Source: a virus. From it: a stretch of DNA of 64,000 bases. The DNA is taken from the IMG/VR virus record IMGVR_UViG_3300018079_000002, positions 3,768 to 67,767 of that record. The stretch is one strand, 5' to 3'. The position numbers were made by a program, and so were the translations under genes. The notes beneath the pieces were generated by a model that made no database searches, had not been told where the DNA came from, and saw only the letters and a program-made list of their open reading frames with translations. Every line of letters begins with the position of its first letter. Within the stretch, counting starts at the first letter, position 1. Below are positions 18,786 to 27,557 of the stretch, piece after piece.

Positions 18786-20035
18786 TCAAAGTCCTCTGGG
18801 TCTAAGCCTGCGCGCATGAACGCAGTCGGGTTGGTTTCGGCCAGTTGTTCTAGGTTCAATTCGTTACCGGCCTTGTCCACGAATTGATCAAGCTTCAAGC
18901 CACCACGGCGAAACAGTGCACCCTTGGCGTTACCCAGCACATCGTCCTGGAAGGCTGCAGGCTGGCGTTTGAGCCACTGTTCGTAATTTACATTGGCGGG
19001 CACCGAGCCCACCATGTCCTTGGTCCACTGGTTACGCGCCTTGCGCATTAGTTCGTTACGCTCACCCGCGTCCAGATCCACCCACTTGGCACCGGCCTTG
19101 GTCTTGGCCAGCTCCCGGAAGTTTACTTCGTTGCGGTTGCCAAGCATTGTGGGCCGTTCGCCAATCGCTTTGCCGATGCCTTCGCCGTCCAGGTAAGCTA
19201 CCATCATACTGCGACAATTCGGATGTGCCGGTGGCCGAGCAGAGAGAGGCTCTAACTTCGTCATCCCCCTTGGTAACTCTCGGTGGGCTAACGGGGATAC
19301 TCGTCCGTCTCTCGCTCGACACACCGCACTTGTTCGCCCATCCAACGTGGCTACCCACTTCAGGCCAGCGACAATGTCGGAGTTTTCGGTCCATACGGAC
19401 TCCCGAGCTGCCGTGCTGACATGGTTTACGGCGGTGCGAACAATAGTCTCTGCGTTGCGACGGGTTACAGCGAGCAACCCATCAGCGAAATGATTAGCTT
19501 TGGTGCCAGCGATGCGCTTGACCATCTGGTCCACCGTCTCGCCCTGGACGATACCGAGCTGGAGTGCGTTGACCAGCCGTGCCTGATCCGTGACCCGCAG
19601 TTCATCGAACCACTGGCCCAGGGTGGACCCACCTGCAAAAGGTTTTGCGACCAGTTCTTGTAAGCGTTCGATGGGCACCGCGTTGAACTTCAGCTCAATG
19701 GGCAGTGCGCCACGTATCAGTTTCAGCTCCACGTCTGCCTCCAGGCGCGAAAGGCCGCGCATGCTGCCTCCGAGCTCGGTCTTCACCTGGGCAATCAGCT
19801 CCTTGCGCGTATCACGAACAGAGGCAAGCAGCTCACGAATGCGATTGATGGCCAGGTTGTTGCGCGCCTTGCCAGCGACAGGAGCCAACCGTTCACGTAG
19901 TTTCGCGGTTAGCTCCTTGTCGGCCTGCTCCATCAGGCGTATCAACCTGCGGACTTCTCCAGCAGCCAATCGGCGCACTTGTATCTGGTGGCGCAGGGTT
20001 GCATCCAGCAATTCTTCGTTGGCAGTTCGTGGCAT
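18782..20035 (-). CDS. Minor head / head morphogenesis protein (MuF, SPP1 gp7-like)
   Basis: 417 aa; AETIVRTAVNH, WVATLDGRTSAVCRARDG, PPAHPNCRS. Confidence 0.93.
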   Translation of the reverse strand: MPRTANEELLDATLRHQIQVRRLAAGEVRRLIRLMEQADKELTAKLRERLAPVAGKARNNLAINRIRELLASVRDTRKELIAQVKTELGGSMRGLSRLEADVELKLIRGALPIELKFNAVPIERLQELVAKPFAGGSTLGQWFDELRVTDQARLVNALQLGIVQGETVDQMVKRIAGTKANHFADGLLAVTRRNAETIVRTAVNHVSTAARESVWTENSDIVAGLKWVATLDGRTSAVCRARDGRVSPLAHRELPRGMTKLEPLSARPPAHPNCRSMMVAYLDGEGIGKAIGERPTMLGNRNEVNFRELAKTKAGAKWVDLDAGERNELMRKARNQWTKDMVGSVPANVNYEQWLKRQPAAFQDDVLGNAKGALFRRGGLKLDQFVDKAGNELNLEQLAETNPTAFMRAGLDPEDFE

Positions 20036-20211
20036 TATTGTCCCGATCTTTGGCGGTAGTTCTTCGCTTGGTCCGGGTCCACACGGCGCATGCGCTTCAT
20101 CAGCTCATCGACACCGGGTGGCTTCTCGATCTTCGGGTGCTGTGGTTCGCTACCGTCGCCGGATTGTGGGCGAGGCATCAACGGCCTGGGTTTCTGTTTT
20201 TGTTCTGGCAT
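20035..20211 (-). CDS. ubact: Ubiquitin-like protein UBact (Pup-analogous modifier), phage-encoded
   Basis: 58 aa from ATG 20211: MPEQKQKPRPLMPRPQSGDGSEPQHPKIEKPPGVDELMKRMRRVDPDQAKNYRQRSGQ. Pro/Gly-rich disordered N-half; conserved-type C-half (L/M)KRMRRVDPDQAxxYRQR[S/T]G[Q/E]; TAATG overlap with the MuF gene. Confidence 0.88.
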   Translation of the reverse strand: MPEQKQKPRPLMPRPQSGDGSEPQHPKIEKPPGVDELMKRMRRVDPDQAKNYRQRSGQ

Positions 20212-20215
20212 AAAA

Positions 20216-20380
20216 TTAAACTTCGTCTGCGCGTTCGGTTGCCTCACTGCAAAGCAAGTGCGCTTTCAGGTGCAATGCACCTATCACTGAGGCATACGAA
20301 ATGTCATACTCACTGCGAAAGCGTTCTACCAATTTGTCGAGCTCGTCCGCAAAATGATCAATCTGTTGTCCTTCGTCCAT
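20216..20380 (-). CDS. Small helical hypothetical protein (54 aa)
   Basis: Manual translation MDEGQQIDHFADELDKLVERFRSEYDISYASVIGALHLKAHLLCSEATERADEV; fills the gap immediately upstream of UBact. Confidence 0.65.
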   Translation of the reverse strand: MDEGQQIDHFADELDKLVERFRSEYDISYASVIGALHLKAHLLCSEATERADEV

Positions 20381-20416
20381 AAGTGTTTTCAGTTCCTACT
20401 CGGTTCTTACTGTTCC

Positions 20417-20698
20417 TTATGGCTTCAGCTCAGACGGGTGCAGCCAGTAGTTGCCTGGAGCCAGTTGGTGCGACTTGTGGACGCACGAGCTCCGATGCTC
20501 CTTCTGCTGACCATACTGATCACGACGGTCTGGGTCCAGCGTAACGAACACCAGGTTGATGGGGCCAACGTAGGTGTTTGGATCATCCAGGTCCAACTCC
20601 TTGCGTCCCCACGACGCGGTAATGAGCGCATCGTGTTGCTTGCTGTGTTCGTCCACGTAGATCACGTGGGCACCGTCTTCGAGTATGATGTTTCGCAT
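20417..20698 (-). CDS. Hypothetical protein
   Basis: 93 aa, coupled to upstream ORF. Confidence 0.6.
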   Translation of the reverse strand: MRNIILEDGAHVIYVDEHSKQHDALITASWGRKELDLDDPNTYVGPINLVFVTLDPDRRDQYGQQKEHRSSCVHKSHQLAPGNYWLHPSELKP

Positions 20699-20916
20699 TA
20701 TGTTCCTTCTTGTTCCTTCTCACGCTGGCGGTTTAACATATCGTGATGTGCCTGGGCAAACAGTCCCATGGCTTGATAGAATCCACCATCGTAAGAAATT
20801 CTCTTCTGGACAAATCCATCGTCCGTCTTCCAGGTTACGGCCAGACCAAACCCGTCGAAGTGCTCACCCAGCTCCAGGCAGGCTCGTTTCAAAACTTGTT
20901 CTTGTGCTGGTGTCAT
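20698..20916 (-). CDS. Hypothetical protein
   Basis: 72 aa from MTPAQEQ (ATGA overlap); LGEHFDGFGLAVTW. Confidence 0.6.
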   Translation of the reverse strand: MTPAQEQVLKRACLELGEHFDGFGLAVTWKTDDGFVQKRISYDGGFYQAMGLFAQAHHDMLNRQREKEQEGT

Positions 20917-21383
20917 TGCTGCACTTCGTTGATTGAGTAATCGCCCTTGTGCTGACGCCATTCCAGCCAGGCTGGGTCTGGCCTGATCAGGTGGTGCTGG
21001 AGCGAGTGCAGCAGCCGGTTCGTAATCATGCGCGCTGCCGGGTGGGGCATGAACACCACGGGTTTGATCTTCATCTGCTTCAGCACTTCCATGTCCTTGG
21101 CGAGCAGCCGGTGCACCGAGTCACGCGCCTGATTACCACACACCAGGTAGCAATCCCAATCACGACGAAGGATGGCACGTCGCAGAAACAGCAGGTCCGG
21201 CGGTAGTCTAACCTTCGCACAAGGCGCGCACTTGGAGCTGCTGTTCGTCACCCACAGCTCGTGCTGACCGCAGATGAAGTAAAGCTTCTTACCGGTGTGG
21301 TTACGCGGGTTGATGCGGAAGACGTTCGGTGCCTCGGTGCGGGCTGGGTCCCACATGTTCTGGAGTATGGCAAGAATAGTCAT
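20913..21383 (-). CDS. Divergent uracil-DNA-glycosylase-superfamily protein
   Basis: Ordered motifs ILAILQNMW / NHTGKKL / WVTNS / PPDLLFL / LVCGNQA / FMPHPAAR match the UDG-fold layout (motif A strand, [ST]G.RL, TN, G..A, HPS). Confidence 0.6.
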   Translation of the reverse strand: MTILAILQNMWDPARTEAPNVFRINPRNHTGKKLYFICGQHELWVTNSSSKCAPCAKVRLPPDLLFLRRAILRRDWDCYLVCGNQARDSVHRLLAKDMEVLKQMKIKPVVFMPHPAARMITNRLLHSLQHHLIRPDPAWLEWRQHKGDYSINEVQQ

Positions 21384-21635
21384 TTATGCCTCGCGAGTTC
21401 GAGCCAGGTCACGAACCATTGGGCGTCGTGCCAGCTCTGATAGGCTGCACCCTGGTGGTGGCCAATCGGCGGTTTCGTCGATGTAGCAGGCATAGAAGCC
21501 TGGATCACCGAGTGAAGGAGGCACGAAGTGCGGTCCTGGCCTACCACAATTGGGGCAGAGTCTTTCAACCTGCCTCCCGAAGAAAGCTTTGCGTTCATTC
21601 TTTTGGTGGTTGGTTAGTTTCAACAGCTCCTCCAC
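21384..21635 (-). CDS. Small Cys-motif protein
   Basis: CPNCGRPGPHFVPPSLGDPGFYAC. Confidence 0.5.
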   Translation of the reverse strand: MEELLKLTNHQKNERKAFFGRQVERLCPNCGRPGPHFVPPSLGDPGFYACYIDETADWPPPGCSLSELARRPMVRDLARTREA

Positions 21636-21865
21636 ACGCCAGCTTCGAGGAAGCCATGGAACACTGTGCGCCCGTCGTTGATCAGTATGGACGGCGAGAC
21701 CGTAATGGTGCCGTCCGGGTGTTCTTCAACGTCGTGCGCTTCGAGCGAGCCCATATGGTTTCCGGGTGGGTGCGCATACCAGATACCGTTCTTACCTTTG
21801 CCATACTCGCCTTCTTTGAGAAGAAGCTGGCCTTCTTGATTGGGCTGAACACGATTTCCTTTCAT
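21620..21865 (-). CDS. Small protein with DUF6527-like C-terminus
   Basis: 81 aa; HDVEEHPDGTITVSPSIL...FHGFLEAGVWRSC. Confidence 0.5.
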   Translation of the reverse strand: MKGNRVQPNQEGQLLLKEGEYGKGKNGIWYAHPPGNHMGSLEAHDVEEHPDGTITVSPSILINDGRTVFHGFLEAGVWRSC

Positions 21866-22053
21866 AGGTTATCCACGGTTGGGGGTTCAATGATCTTACC
21901 GTCTTCGTCGCACTGATTGACTTTGCGTATGATACCCAGCGGAGTCTTTTCGTGGAAGATCTCCCTCGCCTGGGCTTCGCACATTACACCTTCCGCCATC
22001 ACGTGCTGAATTGCGCGTGTCGGTGGGGTGTAATATTCAATCAGAAAGTTCAT
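21862..22053 (-). CDS. Hypothetical protein
   Basis: 63 aa coupled to portal stop. Confidence 0.55.
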   Translation of the reverse strand: MNFLIEYYTPPTRAIQHVMAEGVMCEAQAREIFHEKTPLGIIRKVNQCDEDGKIIEPPTVDNL

Positions 22054-23498
22054 GCACCTTCAGCCGGTGGTTGTTGCTGCGCACCTGGGTCCATGTCCTG
22101 CATGGTCTTGATCATCTGCGCTTCTTCCTGCTTCAGCTCGTCCACGTCATCTTCCGGGTCGTATTCGTCATGCAAGATACCACGGCGTTTCAACTCATCG
22201 ATGTAGGCCGTGCGGCTGATGTCGCGCCGATCGCGTGCCTTGTCCAGCGTGCTCAGGTCCGCCGGGTCAATGGTCTCAGGTCCGAATTCGCGATTGATCT
22301 TTACGGTGCCACCGGCTTCGACCTGCATCCAGGCCGCAGTGAATTCCAGCGCCTTGTTGACCGCATCCTCGAAACGCACCGTTACATCCTGCAAGGGCGA
22401 AGTCGCCTCAGCCGAATCCAGGGCACGTGCGGTCGCCGTCTCCGTGCCTGAACGCTTGCGGAGAAACTCAGCGCCATACTGTGCCATCTGGGTCTCCAGC
22501 GCCTCCATATCCTTCTGACCTGCTTCCAGTGCTGCACCGGTGTGCTCCACATAATAAAATTCGCTGTCTGCATTCGAGGAGAACAACCACTTGTTGGGGC
22601 CAACCACAATATCCTTTTCGTCCTGCACCCCACTGCCTGCCAGGATGGGAAAGCGAGCCACCGTTAAGCAGTTGCGCTGGTCCGAAGAGCTCTGCCAATG
22701 ACTGATGTTCAAGTCAGCCAGGTCCGACAATGGTGGCTTGCCCAGGAAGGGGCACTCACGCGCAGCGTAAAAAGTGACCAGTGGAATAAAGTCCAGGCCG
22801 TATTGATATTCGTCGATCTTGACCCACTCCACCTTGCCACGCTGACTGCGCATGTATTCGTAAACGGTGACTTGTCCTGGTTCGATCACCCGAATCCATT
22901 TGCGCTTCACTTCGGCGAAACCGTCCATGACCGTGTGTTCTTCCTGGATGCGCACATGCACCAGCGTCTCCACCCCGTTGATGGTCTCAGTGCGGGCGAA
23001 GATGATGTTCTCCGGCGGTATGTTGATCCAGTAAGGCCGCAGCTTGTCCTTGCGGTCATCCTCCAGGGTGCGTGGCTGGCCGTCTAGCCGTGGCTGCACA
23101 CGAGGAAACTCGACCAGCACATGGGAGAAAGACTTGGCCAGGCCGTCACGAAACCAGCCACGTGCGAACACGTTCAGCTCGTTGCCTTGCAGGTCCACGT
23201 CCTCCAGCAACTCTTCGATCTCCTTCGGCACATCATCGTTGAGCTGAATGGGGTCACTGAAGGGACGGCCCACCCAGGACTCCAGCGTCAGCTCCGTCAT
23301 GTTGAGCAGCGTGGCGCTGGCCAGCCGTGCCGCATAGATATCGTCCTTCTCGAACTGGTGCTGGGGCAACAGGGCTTGGCCTGCTGCTCGCATCGCTTCG
23401 GTGCCGCCTAGCAGAGCATTCATTTTCTGCCAGCGAGGAAGCATGGTATTATACGCCTCGCTCGTTACGGATGGGTCATCGGTTTTCTGTTTTGGCAT
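22050..23498 (-). CDS. Portal protein (DUF4055-type)
   Basis: 482 aa after TerL; LLGGTEAMRAAG..LLP, PPLSDLADLNISHWQSSSD, ETATARALD. Confidence 0.93.
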   Translation of the reverse strand: MPKQKTDDPSVTSEAYNTMLPRWQKMNALLGGTEAMRAAGQALLPQHQFEKDDIYAARLASATLLNMTELTLESWVGRPFSDPIQLNDDVPKEIEELLEDVDLQGNELNVFARGWFRDGLAKSFSHVLVEFPRVQPRLDGQPRTLEDDRKDKLRPYWINIPPENIIFARTETINGVETLVHVRIQEEHTVMDGFAEVKRKWIRVIEPGQVTVYEYMRSQRGKVEWVKIDEYQYGLDFIPLVTFYAARECPFLGKPPLSDLADLNISHWQSSSDQRNCLTVARFPILAGSGVQDEKDIVVGPNKWLFSSNADSEFYYVEHTGAALEAGQKDMEALETQMAQYGAEFLRKRSGTETATARALDSAEATSPLQDVTVRFEDAVNKALEFTAAWMQVEAGGTVKINREFGPETIDPADLSTLDKARDRRDISRTAYIDELKRRGILHDEYDPEDDVDELKQEEAQMIKTMQDMDPGAQQQPPAEGA

Positions 23499-23500
23499 AA

Positions 23501-25033
23501 CTACATGTCACGTTGTTTTACGGTCTTGTTCTGTTGGCGCACACGGTAACGTGCTTCGTCAGCGATGTGGTCTTCGCTTTCGGAGTCCACGTCATCCAGA
23601 TCATCATCGTCACGAGGCAACACTGGAATTGTTCTTAGAAATTGCTGGCAGCGGCCACCGCAGATAAACAGGCCGGGAGTTTCTCGCTTGGAGCTGCCTT
23701 TGGGGAGGAAACTTTGGGATAGCAGCAGACGGAGCTGTTCCCAACCTTGTTTGCGCGAACCGGGACTCTTATCACTTGGGTCCCAGTGGACGCCCAATTT
23801 AGCCATGTCACCAGCAACAGATTTTCCAGGTTCATAATCGTCAAAGATGCTACTATCTGCCGGCCCACGTCGCACCTTGCCAGACAAGCCCCATTCTTCT
23901 TCGCGGTCGAGGATGCCTTGGGCAATGTCCTTGGACTGCATGCGTATGCCTTCGTTGGAACGGCCACTCCAGCCATACCACTCAGCAATGCGAATCAAGT
24001 CGCCACGCACGTCGCCAATCAGACGGCCGTCCCACAGGATGGGGTCTTCGCCATTGGACTCAGCCCACCACCCCACCGAGAACGGCGCTGACTGACCATG
24101 ATCGTAGGAACGATTTAGTTTCCAGCTCCGGGGTATCAAGCGCAGTGGAAAGTCCGGCAGCACGTGCGTCCTGGCCCACCACACGTCATCAAACATACCG
24201 CCAGCGACGATGTTCCAATCACCTTCCAGCCAGGCCGCAAGCTGCGACTTGTTCTGTGCCGCAGCACGAAGGCGAATAATGTAATCAGGATTCGCGCGCA
24301 GCAGGATTTGATTCTCGGACAGCCTGCCATGGATGGCCACCCTGGGCGGTTCCACGTTACCCTCGATGTCCATGCTGTTCTTAATGACTGGACCAACCAC
24401 CTTGCCAGGCAGTATCGGCAAACGCCAGCGCGATTTGACCCAGTTATGACCCACCCCATACGGGTTCGTTGTTGAGCGCACCTTGATGGGCAGGCCCACC
24501 GCCGTCGAGCGCGCACAGGAGAACATCGACTTGTAGCACTCGTCACTGGGCCAGGTGGTCAGCTCTTCCCAGCCAATCCACGGATAGGCATGTCCGTGGT
24601 AGCTCCAGTAATCCGCCTTCTTCATGAAGTGACGGAAGAATAATATTTCGCCCTTGGGCCAGCGCCAAAAGTTCTTCGCCTCATTGAACTTTGCGTCTGG
24701 CCAGATCTTAGGAAACCACTTCTTGGACTTGTCGATCACGTCCTGGAGCTCCGGGTAGGTGCGACGAAAGAGCACCCCACGCCAGTCACTACCCCAACCC
24801 TGGTTGACGTGCTGGGCGAAGTCCATCAGCAGCGCATCGGTCTTACCTGGACCACGGGTGCCTGCATAGAGGCATTCAAACACCGGACACTGCAGGAATG
24901 CTTCCTGGCTACCGGGTTGTGGAGCCCAGGTGACGGCAATGCGCCTGCCTTCGGGCATCTTGACGTAAGGACGAATGCCTTCCTCTGAGTCTTCCCACTC
25001 AAGCACGCCTGGACTGGTTTGGGTCTCGACCAT
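23501..25033 (-). CDS. terL: Terminase large subunit
   Basis: 510 aa; Walker A LYAGTRGPGKT, Walker B WIGWEELT, STTNPYG, nuclease DYGQ-type YDHGQS and EDHIADEARY. Confidence 0.96.
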   Translation of the reverse strand: MVETQTSPGVLEWEDSEEGIRPYVKMPEGRRIAVTWAPQPGSQEAFLQCPVFECLYAGTRGPGKTDALLMDFAQHVNQGWGSDWRGVLFRRTYPELQDVIDKSKKWFPKIWPDAKFNEAKNFWRWPKGEILFFRHFMKKADYWSYHGHAYPWIGWEELTTWPSDECYKSMFSCARSTAVGLPIKVRSTTNPYGVGHNWVKSRWRLPILPGKVVGPVIKNSMDIEGNVEPPRVAIHGRLSENQILLRANPDYIIRLRAAAQNKSQLAAWLEGDWNIVAGGMFDDVWWARTHVLPDFPLRLIPRSWKLNRSYDHGQSAPFSVGWWAESNGEDPILWDGRLIGDVRGDLIRIAEWYGWSGRSNEGIRMQSKDIAQGILDREEEWGLSGKVRRGPADSSIFDDYEPGKSVAGDMAKLGVHWDPSDKSPGSRKQGWEQLRLLLSQSFLPKGSSKRETPGLFICGGRCQQFLRTIPVLPRDDDDLDDVDSESEDHIADEARYRVRQQNKTVKQRDM

Positions 25034-25443
25034 TACCGTCTGTTCTTCTTAACGATGTCCTGGAAATTGGTAGCGGGTTTGGGCCTGAGTGCTTCGCCCT
25101 TCTTTAGCTCGATGATGGCTTGCTGCTTTTCGGGAGGCACCTGGCGACGGAGCTGGTCCATCAGCATGCTGAATGCCTCACCTGCAGCCTTGGCCACTTC
25201 ATCCGGGTCGTGCTGATCACGATAGGCTTTGTTCTGATGCTCGGCCAGTCCACCGGCCACCAGCATTACCTTCACATGCACATTACCGTCGGCGGGGTCC
25301 ACCGGGAGCTGACTGACCAATTGCGCTCCTGGTATGCCCATGGCCTTGGCGCTGGTGACGCGCACAATGAACAAGGGCTTGGTTGGGTTCTTGCGACTCA
25401 ATTGAACTTCGACCTTGGTCGAACCAATCAAACGAATACTCAT
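25033..25443 (-). CDS. Hypothetical protein between TerS and TerL
   Basis: 136 aa from MSIRLIGS (ATGA overlap with TerS stop); ORF-track extension to 25806 overlaps TerS and is discounted. Confidence 0.7.
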   Translation of the reverse strand: MSIRLIGSTKVEVQLSRKNPTKPLFIVRVTSAKAMGIPGAQLVSQLPVDPADGNVHVKVMLVAGGLAEHQNKAYRDQHDPDEVAKAAGEAFSMLMDQLRRQVPPEKQQAIIELKKGEALRPKPATNFQDIVKKNRR

Positions 25444-25946
25444 TTCTTGGAATCCTTTCCATTGAATTTTGCTGCCCACTCGTCTGGCGTCATGCCAGTC
25501 GCAGTGCCGGTGACTACCAGCACCCCCGCATTCACATTCATCTCGACCGCATTCGCGTCGCGATATTCTGGCACGAACCGTTTGGCGCCGAGCTCCAGCA
25601 GCCGATCGCTGAACTTGAGCACGTGGCCAATGATGGTGTTGTCGCGATAATTGATCAGTGGCTCCTTGACCCCTTCCACGCTGCGTCGATGAATCTCCTT
25701 CTGCAGCAGGTCGCCATAGAAGTTGCGGGCTGCCTCGAACGCTTCCGCGAAGGCCGTATCCTCCTTGAGTGCTTTGCGCACGGTGTTGGGGCACACCATG
25801 GCGCACTCAGCCGCATAGGTCAGACGGCCAGTGGTGGAATACACTTCAAGGAATTTCGCCTTGCCTTGATCGTCGAATTTGAATTTGCCAATGTTTCGGA
25901 AATCCTGAAACATTGAAAACGGTTTCGTTGCTGTTTGCTTCGCCAT
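25440..25946 (-). CDS. terS: Terminase small subunit
   Basis: 168 aa; KAKFLEVYSTTGRLTYAAECA HTH, EIHRRSVEG, FSDRLL..R..PEYRD; upstream of TerL. Confidence 0.88.
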   Translation of the reverse strand: MAKQTATKPFSMFQDFRNIGKFKFDDQGKAKFLEVYSTTGRLTYAAECAMVCPNTVRKALKEDTAFAEAFEAARNFYGDLLQKEIHRRSVEGVKEPLINYRDNTIIGHVLKFSDRLLELGAKRFVPEYRDANAVEMNVNAGVLVVTGTATGMTPDEWAAKFNGKDSKK

Positions 25947-25949
25947 ATT

Positions 25950-26370
25950 CAGATCACCTGTGCCCCACGCATCACGCGAAGGAGCAGGGCTTTGCTCGTG
26001 CGTGGTTTAGCTCAATTAGGGGATTCGTCGCAAGCTATATCTCGTTCGACCAGGATAGCAGGCGATTTGGCGCGTAGCACTCAAACCCAGGGCATGGCCG
26101 TCCTCCTCACCCTACTCAACCCACCCAAAAACATTAAGCGCACTTCTAGCCCAGGGAGGCTGGCCCCTCCTTAACCTACTCCCTCTCCTTAGAGAGAAGA
26201 GAGAGATATAGGAAATTGACCCCGGTAAGCCACCGCCGTCCCGTTTCCCCGGCGATTTACCCCGCTAAGGTCGAGTTCGAGGAGGAAGTCGAGCACAGCC
26301 CAGCAGCTACAGCCTAGTTTGCGCCACAGTGGGTCGAGTTGGCCTGAGCACGGTCGAGTGCACCCTCAGC
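25950..26370. other. Long non-coding interval upstream of TerS (candidate pac/origin/regulatory region)
   Basis: About 420 nt without a credible ORF; pyrimidine then purine tracts (26101-26210); GTCGAG at 26270, 26288, 26333, 26353. Confidence 0.45.
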
Positions 26371-26730
26371 CTAGCTGTGTTTCCAGGTTTGCAAAAAAGC
26401 TGCCCGTAGGGCGTCCTCGCGCCTCAACCGGCCCAGGACGCACTCCCCGGCTGGATCGAAGACGTGCCAGAGCCGGGTGGACCGGGACTGTTTCAAGGCG
26501 CTACCGTCCGTTGCATAAACCACCACGGTCCAGGGGTGGCGCTTGCTGCGATAAGTCCTTGCGCCCTGCAAACGTAAAAACGAAACAATCATGGCTTCCT
26601 CCAGGCCCATCGCCTTAGCCACTTCGTCCCCATGCGGGTCTTTCAAAAACCAAAGTTTTTTGCGCTGCTCCAGCACGTAGCCGTCCTTAGCTATCAGGCG
26701 TTGCCGTGGATTCTTCTTCCAGTCAATCAT
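26371..26730 (-). CDS. Hypothetical protein with internal duplication
   Basis: 119 aa; two similar halves (YVLEQRKKLWFLKDPHG / LKQSRSTRLWHVFDPAG). Confidence 0.6.
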   Translation of the reverse strand: MIDWKKNPRQRLIAKDGYVLEQRKKLWFLKDPHGDEVAKAMGLEEAMIVSFLRLQGARTYRSKRHPWTVVVYATDGSALKQSRSTRLWHVFDPAGECVLGRLRREDALRAAFLQTWKHS

Positions 26731-26960
26731 TCGGCTACCTTGGGTGTTCGTTTAAAGAAGTCCCCGCGCACGATCACGCACCGGTCGTTGGCACTCTGCA
26801 TAATGAACAGCACTTGTTCGCCTGCTGGCTTGATGGGGTTATACCAATACCGTTCGCCCGCCGAGTTGTATTCCGGTGCGTAGCCAAAACCCTCCAGGTA
26901 GCTCTGCGCGTTCCGCAGCCGGTCAAAGTATTCTTTGATCTGTTGATTGCGTTTCTTCAT
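26727..26960 (-). CDS. Hypothetical protein
   Basis: 77 aa, coupled. Confidence 0.6.
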   Translation of the reverse strand: MKKRNQQIKEYFDRLRNAQSYLEGFGYAPEYNSAGERYWYNPIKPAGEQVLFIMQSANDRCVIVRGDFFKRTPKVAE

Positions 26961-27205
26961 GTTAGTTCCATTCGGTCACACCATTGCGTAAATTGATTAT
27001 CACCCTGACTGTTGCAAATGGCATTGTGCATAATGTCCTGCACCCAGCCCCAGGCCAATTCGTCACTAGCAATCATGCTGGAGCCTTTCAGGTAAGCGCA
27101 CAGGCAGGCGTGCAATAACCGGTCTTCGTTGTCCATCAAGTTCCAGTTTGGATTCTTGAGGGTCTCAACGTTCGCCTGCATTAGGGTTTGAGCATAGCTT
27201 GTCAT
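26957..27205 (-). CDS. Hypothetical protein
   Basis: 82 aa, coupled. Confidence 0.6.
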   Translation of the reverse strand: MTSYAQTLMQANVETLKNPNWNLMDNEDRLLHACLCAYLKGSSMIASDELAWGWVQDIMHNAICNSQGDNQFTQWCDRMELT

Positions 27206-27209
27206 ATAT

Positions 27210-27500
27210 TTAATCTTGTTCCAAAAACTGGTCCGGCACTAATATCGCATCTCCCACAATCGGCGGACGCGGTCGGCCACTCGCTAACTGCTGCAAGGCC
27301 GTCGCCTTGATGTTGATGCACTTACCCTCATTGCGTCCGTTGTCGCACACGAACAGCGTATGCCCAGCGAGCACCCGTGGTCCCATCTCAATATAACCGC
27401 CCACCGCCGTCTGAATCTCCTGGAGCGTAAACTTCTCGCCCACTGGTATCACTTCCAATATTTCGCCGTTGGTCTTCATTAGTTTAGCCGTGCCCTTCAT
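27210..27500 (-). CDS. DUF3846-like protein
   Basis: 96 aa from MKGTAK; FTLQEIQTAVGGYIE, N..AT.L, IVGDAILV. Confidence 0.75.
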   Translation of the reverse strand: MKGTAKLMKTNGEILEVIPVGEKFTLQEIQTAVGGYIEMGPRVLAGHTLFVCDNGRNEGKCINIKATALQQLASGRPRPPIVGDAILVPDQFLEQD

Positions 27501-27557
27501 ATTCAATTGTGCGGAGGCGCGAGTCTGCGAGTGCCGGAGCACACCTTTCGTATTGAA

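Noticed and set aside
20035-20247. Calling the small protein actinobacterial Pup, or using the 70-aa start
   Set aside because: Pup ends GG[E/Q], whereas this ends RSGQ with the RMRRVDP core (UBact type); the upstream start overlaps ORF 20216..20380, so ATG 20211 is preferred
17878-22053. Phage-encoded PafA/Dop ligase or proteasome subunits near UBact
   Set aside because: No ORF of suitable length or glutamine-synthetase-like/Ntn motifs was recognised in the window
25443-25806. N-terminal extension of ORF 25033..25806
   Set aside because: It overlaps terminase small subunit in another frame; the ATGA-coupled start at 25443 is more plausible
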